NCBI RefSeq assembly: GCF_006345805.1
Contig: NC_043014.1
Location: forward strand, 36,766,001-36,830,000
Origin: Octopus sinensis
Lineage: Eukaryota
Length of the DNA stretch: 64,000 nucleotides
Direction of reading: 5' to 3'
This document shows, piece by piece, positions 40,185-52,699 of this stretch. Within the stretch, counting starts at the first letter, position 1. Every line of letters begins with the position of its first letter. The notes under the pieces were generated by a model, which was given only the letters and a program-made list of their open reading frames with translations, searched no databases and had not been told where the DNA came from. A program made the translations under genes and the position numbers.

Positions 40185-40505
40185 CTTTCATAAACTTAGC
40201 TTTCGAATTTTCTGAGGAAGTGCCACATTTGTAGTATGCTACATCTTTGCAAGTGGGATTTCGTTTCCAACAGGTAACTACACCTTCATTACAATAAGTT
40301 AAAGTACACTTGAAACCATCCTTACTGAATTTTGTTTCAAATATGCGTGTGGGCCTGTGGCATTCAAGATATACAACTATAACATCGTTTCTAAATAGTT
40401 TGAAATTAAGACGATTCCCCGCATTATACTGACATGTCATAGTTATTTGAGATGTCTCTCCAAAGCGAATACCATCATCAGGCGTCATTTTCGTTATCGC
40501 AAAAT
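40185..40505 (-). CDS. Gene B exon 2: V-like Ig domain (FAITKMTPDDG...TMTC...VTCWKRNPTCKDVAYYKC...FMK)
   Basis: Acceptor ttacttgtag|AT, donor AAAG|gtcagt, 321 nt. About 61% aa identity to the gene A V exon by hand alignment. Confidence 0.85.
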
Positions 40506-40558
40506 CTACAAGTAATAAATAAATGAGAGATAGATTTTTTTTTAATATATCATTTTAG

Positions 40559-40810
40559 AAGAAGAAGAAGAAGAAGAAGAAGAAGAAGAAGAAGAAGGAG
40601 GAGGAGGAGGAGGAGGAGGAGGTGGAGGAGAGGGAGGAGAAGAAGAAGAAGAAGAAGAAGAGGAGGAGGAGGAGGAGGAGGAGGAGAGGGAGGAGGAGGA
40701 GAAGAAGAAGAGAAGAAGAAGAAGGAAAGGGAGAAGAAGAAGAAGAAGAAGAAGAAGAAGGAGGAGGAGGAGAAGAAGAAGAAGAAGAAGAGGAAGAAGA
40801 AGGAGAAGAA

Positions 40811-40863
<53 letters not shown>
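40559..40863. repeat. (GAA/GGA)n tract upstream of the gene B V exon
   Basis: Direct inspection. Confidence 0.95.
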
Positions 40864-40865
<2 letters not shown>

Positions 40866-41102
40866 ATAAATAACGCCACTGAACAAGATTAACGAAAAGC
40901 AAACGACAGACCAAGCTAAGCGAGGAAACGGCAAGAAGTAAATGAGAAGAAGAGAGTGAACACAAGTCAAACGAAGGAAAAGGGAAAAGAGTGACAGTAG
41001 AAAACAAGGAAAGGTCTGCAGAGAAAATGAGTGAGGAGTTAGAAGCAAAAAAAACAATCAAAAAGAAAAGGAGCTGTCGAAAACAAAAGAAATAGACAGT
41101 AA

Positions 41103-41697
41103 GGCGGCGAGTTGGCAGAAATGTTAGCACGCCGGGCGAAATGCTTAGCGGTATTTCGTCTGTCGTTACGTTCTGAGTTCAAATTCCGCCGAGGTCGACT
41201 TTGCCTTTCATCCTTTCGGGGTCGATAAATTAAGTACCAGTTACGCACTGGGGTCGATGTAATCGACTTAATACCTATGTCTGTCCTTGTTTGTCCCCTC
41301 TGTGTTTAGCCCCTTGTGGGTAATAAAGAAATAGGTATATCGTCTGTCGTTACGTTCTGAGTTCAAATCCCGCCGAGTTTGACTTTGCCTTTCATCCTTT
41401 CGGGGTCGATAAATTAAGTACCAGTTACGCATTGAGATCGATGTAATCGACTTAATCCCTTTGTCTGTCCTTGTTTGTCCCCTCTGTGTTTAGCCCCTTG
41501 TGGGTAATAAAGAAATAGGTATATCGTCTGTCGTTACGTTCTGAGTTCAAATTCCGCCGAGTTTGACTTTGCCTTTCATCCTTTCGGGGTCGATAAATTA
41601 AGTACCAGTTACGCATTGGGATCGATGTAATCGACTTAATCCCTTTGTCTGTCCTTATTTGTCCCCTCTGTGTTTAGCCCCTTGTGGGTAAAAAGAA
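41103..41697 (+). mobile_element. Same SINE with its ~183-bp body triplicated, in intron 1 of gene B
   Basis: One head followed by three copies of tcgtctgtcgttacg...aaagaaa. Confidence 0.85.
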
Positions 41698-41885
41698 ACA
41701 TATATACCTGCCTGTACCGATATTCGGAAGCATGTACAGAAGAAGAATTATGTGTGAGACAGGAATAATAGGATGAAAAACAATTACACAAAATCATAGG
41801 TAATCAAAGGATAAAGGAGGCAAGACTAAAACTGAGTCGTGGAGGTGAAAAAAATAATATGTGACTGATTTAAGTCTTGACTTAC

Positions 41886-41934
41886 AGGCGGAGGTGTAAG
41901 AAGCCATCATCAGTATTTTTATAACTAACAGCAT
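41886..41934 (-). CDS. Gene B exon 1: signal-peptide exon MLLVIKILMMASYTSA
   Basis: ATG at 41934, GTAAGT donor, 49 nt, paralogous to 61936-61984. Confidence 0.8.
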
Positions 41935-42159
41935 TGTTGGTGTTATCGACAGATGGTGAAATGAGTGTCGGCTCCCAGCAACTGAAATATAACCAGTAAA
42001 TCCGCATGGTTTTATTTTGTACGATGTGGAAGGAATGAACGAAGAAAATTACAAAAAACATGATGATAGAATGTGTATGAACGTAGGCAAACTAATATCC
42101 TTCGCACCAGTAAAAGAATGTAAAACACCTGTTGCCATTATGATACTGTGAATACATCA

Positions 42160-42410
42160 ATAGAAAGCATTATAATTGAATTACATAGTGTGAATTATTG
42201 CGTAATAACTCGTCTATTATAAGTAGTGATTGATTTACGAACATAGCACAAATAGAAAGTTTGAAAGTTCTGAAACTGGTTTCTTTCTTTCCCTCGTTTT
42301 TATTAAATTTTTGGCTTTTATATTAAAAATGATCATTTCTTTAAAATTATTCTACAAAATGATGTATTTACAATATTTGTCTATGAAAAGTATTTTCGAT
42401 ATTGCATACA
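42160..42410 (-). promoter_or_regulatory. Conserved upstream block of gene B (putative promoter)
   Basis: Aligns with 62370-62630. Confidence 0.45.
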
Positions 42411-42461
42411 TATATATGTGGGTGGGTGTATGTTGTGTGGTGTGTGTGTGTGTGTGTGTGT

Positions 42462-42760
42462 GGAGGCACATGGCCTCGTGGTTAGAGCAGCGGACCCGCG
42501 GTCGACGGATCGTGAGTTCGAACCTCAGACCGGGCGATGTGTGTGTGTTTATGAGCGAAAACACCTAAACTCCACGCGGCTCCAGCAGAAGGTAATGGCG
42601 AACTTCTGCTGACTCTTTCGCCACAACTTTCTCTCACTCTTTCCTCTTTCATCTTGCAACTCACCTGCGACGGACCGGAGTTCCGTCCAGGTGGGGAACC
42701 TATACGCCAGGGAAATCGGGAAACAGGCACTTATGAGCAAGGCGTGGCTCGAGAAGAAGC
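42462..42760 (+). mobile_element. Third tRNA-derived SINE
   Basis: A-box tggcctcgtggttag and B-box gagttcgaacc. Confidence 0.75.
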
Positions 42761-44935
42761 AAACAAGATATATATATATATATATAAATATTTGATGTAG
42801 GATAACATTTTTTCGAAAAAAAATTTTAGCAATGGCCAGCATATTAAAAAATACCTTTAAAAGTTAAATTTATAAACAACTTATAAATAAGGGCAAACGA
42901 AAAAAATTCTAATGCCAAATATGCCGAAATTAGACACATTGTCCATAACCATTATAATTTTTCACAATACGCACGCTACTCGAAAATGGTCGACAGGAAT
43001 TTCTAAAAAATTCCATTATTACCAACCCTAGGAATAATATATATTGTCCACAGTTTCGTACAAGTGGTTACACAGAACTCAAGATATTACGACGTGCTTG
43101 CAGCAAGAAAAATCATTCATAATTTTCTCGATACGCTTCGCGAAAAGCGCATGGTTCGTAGTAGGGCTCGATCACTGAAATACATGGACTGGGATTTGCA
43201 CAGAATCAGCGTGTATAAAGGCCCCACAGATCTCTAACTTACTTCAAAGAGCACGTCAAATGGTTCCAGACAATGGTGAAAACATGGACAGGAGTTGCAC
43301 ATACACAGATAACACTTAGGTATCTGACGGACTGCGAGGAGCAGGCCAAATGTTTCCAGATAATGGTAGCGGTTTTACAGAAGTACTTGGCCTAAATATT
43401 TTCAAGAAACATCGGATTAGAGATGGTGAATTTTGAGCCTGGATAGTTGTTACAAAGTACTGTAACTTCCGTGAGCTATTGAAATTGCGCTGAATTAAGC
43501 ATTCACTCCATCAAAGATGCTTTTTTCTCATTTTCTCTCGATGTTCTCACTCTTGAGTATCTTACTGCTCAGTTATAGATATTGAAAGCCATATCGCTCT
43601 ATCTAAGATGCAGGAGGAGGAACCGTATCTGCAAATGCGGGAAGTGACCCTATAATGGTGTCAGCACTTTACCGAATGCGTGCGAGATGGTAGCATGATT
43701 GCGCGTTATTGATACGTCAGGTTGGTATTGTTTAAATTAAAATTGAGATGAATTTGCGATCATCGTAACCAGTCTCACTTAAAAATGTGTTGAGCAAAAG
43801 ATGGTTTGAAAGATTAAACGATGATGATTAATGTATTACCGACTAACGGTTAACCTCGTCATAAGAATTCTCTGAGTAGATTGAAATCAATGCAAGGTTT
43901 CCCGGTTCAAGAGATCTATCAACACAAAACATTTATTTCTTGTTGAGTTGTGGGATGGTGAGAGTGATGATGCGAAGGTACGTGAAAATACTGTGCAAAG
44001 GCTTCCCAATAAACCAGTTAGGCAGATATGAACGTCAGTTAAACATATCTTACTCCAGCTATTCTTCTTCACCGAGCTTTTTTCTTGGGACAAGGGCTGA
44101 TAGAAATATATGAGGTTTGATTTTTGAATGTTTCTAGCTACTCACCCTCTTTACTGGCGGGACGTTGAAGTCGGTGAAATGTCAAATTTCTTATTTAGAT
44201 GGAAAATAGGGGCCATGACTGACGATGAAATAGAAAACCTTCTTGATATCTTCAGGGTGTTGAAGCGAAGATTCTACTTGGTGATAATGCCCGAATGTAG
44301 GAATGTTTCAAAAAGTACTTTTGGGATGAGGTCACATTGCCTGATTGCTATGAATTTTACAATCATGTCTATGTGTGTGCAGCCAGCAACCGAACTTGTG
44401 ATGTCTATGAGTGTGCAGCCAAAAACCAAGAAGGCTGCAGAGTGACGAAACGTCTGGTCAGATCTCATTCAGTCCATGCTTTTCTAAATTTTAGCATTGC
44501 CTGTGTGGGATAAATTTTGGGATTCAGCGATTCAATACGTCAATCGAAAATATCAGCACGACGCTTATCTTTAACAAGCAAAAGTATGAATTCATCTTTT
44601 CCTGTCTGGAGGTTATGATAAAGGATTCATACGATGAACAAGGTTGAAAGATTTGAGAACATAGGTTATTTTCCTCTCTAACCAAGTCTTAAAGGGCCAC
44701 TTGAAAAAGAACGTAAAGGAAGATAGTGAGTTACTGTCCTTCAATATATTTTTAAAACGGTGGAAGAAATGGCGGTATTATGGTTAGATGGTTACAGGCT
44801 AATTATGTGACTGTAGGTTGGCGGTAAAATCTGAAGAAACGCATTTTTATTTCATGTATAAGATTAATCAGGTTTTGTTACGTTTCATTCTGTAGACTCG
44901 TTATTGTGCTATTATTAAATGATATTATAATTAAT

Positions 44936-45166
44936 GGCGGCGAGCTGGTAGAATCTTTAGCACGCCGGGCGAAATGCTTAGCGGTATTTCGTCTGCCGTT
45001 AGGTTCTGAGTTCAAATTCCGCCGAGGTCGACTTTGCATTTCATCTTTTCGGGGTCGATTAAATAAGTACCAGTTACGCACTGGGGTCGATATAATCGAC
45101 TTAATCCGTGTGTCTGTTCTTGTTTGTCCCCTCTGTGTTTAGCCCCTTGTGGGTAGTAAAGAAATA
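44936..45166 (+). mobile_element. Same SINE
   Basis: TSD gatattataattaat. Confidence 0.9.
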
Positions 45167-45879
45167 GATATTATAATTAATTAATTCTTATTTTCCAAAA
45201 GGCAACCTTTCTCTTCTACTATACTTGGATGTTGTTTTAGAACAGGGAACACTCCGTTATTTTCTTTGAAAGGACCTGTTGGATGGGCTCGTGATGCATA
45301 ACTGTACTCGTATTTATATCATTGACAGAGGAAAACCGACTGCTGCGATCGCTGAGATTGCCCACTCACGTGAATTCGCCTTGTTTGAGGCACCTCAACG
45401 ACAAGCATCCTGTAGCCACACAACAGCTGATTCTCCAGTGAAAGATATATATAGAATATCAGTGTCTATTCAGGCACGGATGTCCCATATAGCCAGTGGG
45501 CTTATTCAGGACATATTGTGAAATCACGTGATATGGCAGGTCAGGTAGCCCCAAAAGACGATTACCGTGTATTCAGTGCTTGAATAGACACTTATATTCG
45601 TTAACGGAAGAGATTCGGCTGTTATGTTGCTACTGGATGTCTGCCACTGTGCAATCACGTGATCTAGCAGTTCCGGTGGTCGTATCAGAGATAATCGTCT
45701 GTCAAAGATATAAACACGAGTGCCTTTATGCTACACCATCTCATATGACAGGTCCTCTCAAGGTAAAGAATGCAGTATTCCGTGTTCAATATTTCTTTAT
45801 TGGTTTTTTTTTAGCTCACCCTTATATTCGATATAAATCCATTTTATGTTCCACAGTTTGAGCGTCCAGTTTGACCCTA

Positions 45880-46000
45880 CTTGAAGGGTCAGATTTCCTT
45901 TACAAACAAGGAGAGAGGTTCACAATTAAAACCAACTTCACCTGTGCCTCTGAGAACCTAATTTATGTAATAACTTGCTCGAGCAAGTTATTTGTTTTCG
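45880..46000 (+). mobile_element. PLE GIY-YIG fragment, same family as 12190-12790
   Basis: LEGSDF...IKTNFTCASENLIYVITCS. Confidence 0.7.
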
Positions 46001-46283
46001 TACACATTCGCTTGCTTTCTCCCAAAAGATCTAATGTTCTTAGCTTAGAATTTGAGGGCAAACCACATTTAAACAATCTCAAGTGTAACCGGCCGAAACT
46101 GTAAGGATGACCTGCATACTTGACTGATGAGAGAAGGCTGCGAATAACCCGTCCTAGTTTTTCCTGTCCGCCTTTTTGTTGTTTTTCTAGCCCGGCTTTT
46201 TATTGTCTATCTGCTCAGATGCTTTATTGTCGTCTGTAGCGCTCTTGTTCCATTTTTGCATTGATATATATATATATATATAT

Positions 46284-46495
46284 ACAGGGTGCGGTGGATA
46301 AACAATCATCTAAATAACCCAGAAATGAAAATAACTCATTTTAACAGATATATTTACCAAAATTACATGAAAATAACTTGAAACACTAAAGTGTAAATTT
46401 ATACAATAAAATCGCCATTGACTTCAACCACAGCCTCCAGACGACTTCGGAATTCTTCTGGACTCTTCTGGGCGGTCTCCTTGATTAATTTGATG
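46284..46495 (-). mobile_element. Tc1/mariner 3' end fragment
   Basis: TA-CAGGGTG terminus and FRSRLEAVVEVNGDFI* on the minus strand; a related end lies at ~55318. Confidence 0.55.
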
Positions 46496-46704
46496 ATTGC
46501 TACGGTAAAGACAATCAACTTCTCTTATTCAAATTCAAAATGGCTGAAGAGTAGCATGGCACTTCAAATTCAGAGTACCAACGAATTTGAATCAAACTGT
46601 TTTGATTCATACATGTAACTCCCAATAAATTTGTTGAGTGCCCTTCTTTCTTTTGTACACTCACTCGTGTATATATATATGTATGTATATAGATAGATAG
46701 ATAA

Positions 46705-46761
<57 letters not shown>

Positions 46762-46898
46762 CAGATAGATAGGTAGGTAAGTAGGTAGGTAGGTAGGAAG
46801 GTAGGTAGGTAGGTAGGTAGGTAGGTAGGTAGGTAGGTAGGTAGGTATTGATGGATGGACGGATGGATGGATGTGTGTATGTATGCATGTGTATATAT

Positions 46899-46944
<46 letters not shown>

Positions 46945-48061
46945 ATATGAAAAGTATGTACTCTTAATATTGAAAACAACAACCAATAAATGCCGAACAA
47001 AACTCAGAGCATTGTGTAGATTAAATATTTATTTATCACAAAAACGATTACTGTGATTTCGGAGTTCCGCAAAAAATGTCTATTAAACAGCAATCTGTAA
47101 AAATGAAGAATTGTTATCATATGGATGGACTATGCTAAGGTTATGTACGAGGTAAATTATATGCACATTTACATACATATAGATCTATATAAATGTGTGT
47201 GTGTGTGTGTGTGTGTGTGTGCGGGTGTGTGAATATATATTAATGATATTATTATTTACAGATTAGTTAATAACTCAGATAAAATGTAGGGAAAATAAGG
47301 ATAAACACAAGTTTATATTATCCAAATAACCATTATGCGGGCTTCAACATTATGGTTGTTTGGATCCCTGCAGCTGGTGATCCAATGATATTTATATACT
47401 CAGTCACGACAGGTCACAGCAGGAACACGTTATTGCATTAAGTTACTGATAACCATGTCCAGAGCTGGATAGATGGCAAGGCATTTTATAAGTATTTGGG
47501 GAATAGAAAGGAAGCCATTGCGTCCCAGTATTACTATATTTCCCTTTCTCCCATTAACTTGTAGCAGTCGTTGCGGTACTCATTTCGGACCCACATAGAA
47601 TACTTTGAATTTCGTCGTACTATTATGTATTAAACCGTTTCTTTCTTTTTTTTTTTCACCTATTCGAGTGACACTATTATCTACTTTCTACCTTTTCGAC
47701 ACAGTGGTGTTAACCAACTAATTTTAAAATTAGGTAACCCTTCGAGCAGTTTTCACTTATTGAAAGCTTTCATTTCAAACCCAGAAGTGCAGGATTCGCA
47801 TACCTCTACAAAGAAATCTAGAAGGATACGTATGGGTATGTTTCCGGTATTGAAGAGGATAGTAATTTTAACATGAAGTGTAGCGTAGATGCATTCCAGA
47901 AGTTTTGAGACTTTTTTTTAGGTGAGACAGTTACACCTGACCTAGATCATAGGAATTTTACTATAACATTACTACAGGGACACAACGTACCAACCAATCC
48001 AAAACTGAAAACACGATCTCGCGATCGCGAGTGCAGCTTTCTATGCACAAGGCCATACACC

Positions 48062-48099
<38 letters not shown>

Positions 48100-48440
48100 T
48101 TTGCTTTCCATTTCCCATGGAGAACATCGGTAGCACAGAGAGGGAAGACTTGGAAGCTTAGACTAAGTATTCTACGAGACGCTCTTCTAATTCTGCCATC
48201 CTATTCCTCATTAAAAAAAAAAAAGAATACTACAACGTGAGAGAAAAAAGGAAGGAACAATATATTTACCTGCTGTATTAAGAGTTTCTTGGTTGAATGA
48301 TATCTGGTTAATTTCTAGAAATAAAAGTGAAAATGAAATCATATGCAGGAATGGAATAGTTGAAGTTTTAATATGTCTTCGGCGTTTTCCTTTTCTTTTG
48401 TTTCAAATATCATAGTGTTAAAACTGAAGTATTGTTTTTA

Positions 48441-48669
48441 TTTCTTTACTGCCCACAAGGGGCTACACACAAAGGGGACAAACAAGGACAGACAAACTGA
48501 TTAAGTCGATTATATCGACCCCAGTACGTAACTGGTACTTGTTTAATCGACCTCGAAAGGATGAAAGGCAAAGTTGACCTCGGCGGAATTTGAACTCAGA
48601 ACGTAGCGGCAGACGAAATACTGCTAAGAATTTCGCCCGGCATGTTGAGGTTTCTGCCAGCTAGCCGCC
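48441..48669 (-). mobile_element. Same SINE
   Basis: Sequence similarity to 23250-23475. Confidence 0.85.
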
Positions 48670-50229
48670 CAAAGCTGAAGCATTGTTTTATAAACCGAAA
48701 CCAAAGCTAAATGATATGCATATGTAGAAGTAAAGTTACATTATTTTCAAGCCTAGCCAGGCTCAAGGGCCCAGTTTCCCGGTTTCTATGCAGGTCACTG
48801 TCAGCGTTATGGTCTTCTAATATTTCAGCTTTATCTTTTGTCATTTACTTGTTTCAACCACTGAACAGGGGACTTGCTAGAGTACCGCCGTGAAGGGTTT
48901 AGTTAAACAACCTCCCCCCACCAGTACTTATTTTCTTGAAGTCTGTTACTTGTTTTATCGGCCACTTATGTTGAACCGTTATATTTCGAGGAAGTGAACA
49001 AACCAATACTGATTGGCAAGCGGGATACGGGACAAGCACAACGCACTGGCATACGCGGATACATACATACATATATACATACGTATGTACATACATACAT
49101 ACATACATACATACATACGTACATACATACATACTTGGAAAAGGATGCATGGCGTTCGATCATATAATGTAAATAATAAATAAATATATGCATATATACA
49201 TACATATATGTACATGGGTACAGGACATCAAAAAAACGTTGAACACAATGAGAAACGAAAACATAAAAACAAAAGCATAGAAACGAACTTTTTTTCAAAC
49301 AACGAAAAAAACAGAGAAATGAGACATACAACATAAAGAATATTCCCCCTTCTTCAGTTGTCCCTGTTTTATCTACTCCGCGTTTCAAAGGTAAAGACAA
49401 GACGCGACTTCGATGAAACAGTCCTTTCCGCAAAGCAAATTAAATAAAATTTGGGATTTTTTGTGGAGGGTGAAAGTGGTAACAAGAACAGGACAATGAG
49501 AACAAAACAGTAAAAACAAACGATGAGGGCTGTTAAGCCAAAACGATGGAAAAATTATTCTGAACGTTTAAGGAGACGAGTTTATGAAGAGATAGGATAA
49601 GCCTGTTTAGTAGTCGGAAAGATGGATTCCCTCTCATTACGTGTCAGCGACGAGAGAGTCGAGGAGCAGGAGTGAGAGAGAGGGAACGGTAAAGGGGAGA
49701 GGAGAATAATAGGGAAGGGTGGGGGAGAAAACCATAAAGGATGAAGAACAAGAGAGGAAGAAAGATAGACAGAGAAGAGATAGTAAAGAAGAGAGCGCAT
49801 CGTAATTATTAAGATAAAACTTACTTGGAAACGGGCTTATCCTGTTGTAGGTATGTACATATATGTATGTATGTATGCATATATTTATATATTATTTATA
49901 TTATGTGATCGAACGCCACGCATCCTTTTCCAAGTAAGTTTTATCTTTATCGCGTTGTGCTAATTTCGGGCATTCGCTAACGATCTGTCATACTGTATCA
50001 CCTCTCTCACCACATATTCTGCATTTGTCGCTATAGGTAGTTTTGTCTATTCTGCACTTCATAGCGTTGGTCCTTATCGCTTGTTCCTGAGCTGCACATG
50101 AGTGCTTCTGCCTCTATCTTCAGGTCACTCTTCTTCATCTATAGCCACCGGTCTTCTGTATCTGTTTTGGCGTTCACATCTTTTGCAAACTGACTGTACA
50201 ACTTCTTTTCCTTCTATGCTTTTTCTTTT

Positions 50230-50490
50230 CTTTTTCTTTTTTGTTCATTTCTAATGTTTTTTTTGTTCATGTCTAATGTTTTCTTTCGTTACACAAATTC
50301 CAGTTTTGATGACGCCGGCCTTCGCGTTTCAACAGTGGCTTCACGGCATTTTTTATATACCACCCTAAGCTGTTTTCCTCTGCTTCGATACAGTCCTGAC
50401 AACTAATCAAACTTCTCCCACCCTTTTTTCTGGACAAGTACAGCCTATCGGTGTCACTCTTAGGGTGGAAGGCTCCGTGTACTGTCAACA
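50230..50490 (-). mobile_element. Non-LTR RT C-terminal fragment
   Basis: HPKSDTDRLYLSRKKGGRSL. Confidence 0.75.
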
Positions 50491-50957
50491 TTTTTCAATG
50501 TACACACACACACGCACGTGTATGTGTACATTGTAGCGACGATCAACATTCAAAGTCCGCCATCTTCAATCCATCGTTCGTTGAAAAGGTTTAGGGTAAA
50601 TTCCGCCTTGAATCATTTGACGAGCTCGGTGCAGTCCGTCACATACTTAAATGGAGCCTTGATACCCATTGAGTCATACAATCGCTGTCAGTCGAGCAGT
50701 TTTTACCCAGTGGGTTTCAGAGAACAGGCCCTTGTATGAACAACACATCGTTTGTGATTTGCGTTGAGGAAATGATCAATGATTATTTTTACCGCAATTA
50801 TGCCGTATGACTTTTCCTTGCGCCTTTCTAATCTATGAAATGCCTCTTTCTTCTGATCTACTGCTCCCTATTGTTACGATTAACTAACGAATGAAATGAG
50901 GAACATTCAGAATGGCACTCTTAATAATATTACTAATACCATAGAAATATACATGCA

Positions 50958-51191
50958 AAGGCGGCGAGCTGGCAGAATCGTTAGCACGCCGGGCGAAATG
51001 CTTTAGCGGTATTTCGTCTGCCACTACGTTCTGGGTTCAAATTCCGCGGAGGTCGACTTTGCCTTTCATCCTTTCGGGGTCGATTAAATAAGTAGCAGTT
51101 ACGCACTGGGGTCGATATAATCGACTTAATCCCTTTGTCTGTCCTTGTTTGCCCACTCTATGTGTAGCTCCTGGTGGGCAGTAAAGAAATA
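50958..51191 (+). mobile_element. Same SINE in the 3' region of gene A
   Basis: TSD agaaatatacatgca; absent from the gene B cassettes. Confidence 0.9.
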
Positions 51192-51390
51192 AGAAATATA
51201 CATGCATACCCGCAAGCAAAAGACACATATATGTGTAAAAGTATACAAATACACATGTCACAAACAAATGCAAAAACGAATGCATATATATATTTAAAAC
51301 TAAGCGTGCTCACTGATCTGAGGCTAAATAGCAACAATTAAAAACATTAACCAGGTTGAAACAAAGATAATCAGCTCACCTTTTCTCACG

Positions 51391-51689
51391 TCATTCCATA
51401 TAAATTATTCGCGAAATTTTATCTCCAAATATTTCGCATGTATAATTTGTTATGCCTAAATCTTCCGCTCTTACAAAATAATCCGCGCTTACCTCAACAA
51501 AGCATTTGTCACTAGATGGAACTTTCACTGTTTCTTGGTCAAAAGACATGCCGTTAGACCTCTCTATATCCCATACAAAACTGGCATCACCTTGAGAGGG
51601 TAACCCAACAATTGCTGAACATCTGATGATCCATGGATCTAGGTTTATATTATTATGGAACAATTTCAGACTCTTTATACGAGATCTCA
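51391..51689 (-). CDS. Gene A exon 3: C-like Ig domain, terminal coding exon (PWIIRCSAIVGLP...FVW...DKC...EDLGITNYTC...YME*)
   Basis: Acceptor ctctttctag|TG (G+TG = Val) in phase with exon 2. Cys...Trp...Cys Ig pattern. Stop at the same position as in gene B. Confidence 0.85.
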
Positions 51690-51744
51690 CTAGAAAGAGA
51701 GTGAATTAAAATATGTAAATCTTTAAACAATAAAATATTGGATT

Positions 51745-52076
51745 TCGTTTTTGGAATTCGTTTGCAAGATTCTTTATGTGAGTTCGTGTGTTGAAGCATA
51801 TTCTGTTGTGTCTGGGGAGAGTCATTTTCTTTTTGTGCCTTATAATTTAACACACTCACCGGTAAAATTTCCACTTATTTCTTATTCTTATTTTCCTAAA
51901 ATTTTCGTTGCGTCTTGCAATCTTTTCAATAGCCTTGACTCTTGACTATTGAAAAGGTTGCAAGACACAACGAAAATTTTAGGAAAATAAAAATAAGAAA
52001 TAAGTGGAAATTTTACCGGTGAGTGTTTTAGATTATAAGGCACAAAAAGAAAATGACTCTCCCCAGAAACAACAGA
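51745..52076. repeat. Foldback insertion (~135-bp arms, 13-nt spacer) in intron 2 of gene A
   Basis: Arms ~51798-51933 and 51947-52082; 12-bp flanking duplication aaaatattggat. Confidence 0.85.
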
Positions 52077-52699
52077 AAATATTGGATGTTTTCACTGATA
52101 AAAATTACAATCTTCATACAACACTGAAATATTTAACAATGCTTTCGATGGACCCTGTCAGATGATGCTTGAAGAATGCCAATCAGACAATAACTATACA
52201 GACACAGATACAATCATACACGTATATACATATGTATGCATGTTTTATAACGTGGATCTGTATATGTCACCTTAGTGTCGTGCACTAATACAATGTATCA
52301 CGGAACGGGTTAGACACAAACTGTCTCCAGTTGATGTATTCGCAAATACTCTACCAGCAACTGTAACCAATATAACAACTTCTCAACAATTTTCCTGCGA
52401 CACCACGAACTCACAAACGACACCTTTCGGCTTACTGAGATTTTTCTTGTGCTACTTATACGAGTTCAGCTAGTCCATTCTCACAGCTGTTATGAAACTC
52501 GCCGTAACATCTCCCCTTTTGAGATTTGACTTCTGCAGGAAATGCAACTTGTTTATTTAATTTTATTCTTTTTTTTTTTCATCATCACCTTTCTCTTTTT
52601 TGAGATTTTAATTTCCTCTGAAGTTTTAATGCTTCTTTGGCTGGGGGACTATTTCTAGTTGTTCTGTTTGTTTATGTTTTCTACTGCTGATCCGCTTAG

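Noticed and set aside
40542-41130. Poly-L/S/E/F ORFs (also 54997-55401)
   Set aside because: Translations of the GAA tracts.
41103-41180. tRNA genes
   Set aside because: A/B-box heads belong to SINEs; no full cloverleaf.
43000-44760. Possible transposase or RT remnants
   Set aside because: No motif I could assign reliably.
49380-49430. Hammerhead-like GAAACAGTC motifs (also ~46110 and ~51950)
   Set aside because: CUGANGA core or stems too degenerate to call.
50520-50800. Possible third Ig exon with two conserved TGA codons ~55-62 codons apart, suggesting selenocysteine at the Cys positions (also 28920-29200)
   Set aside because: Needs a frameshift, has additional unshared stops, shows no third-position bias and no in-frame acceptor, and lies after the real stop. 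Most likely 3' UTR.
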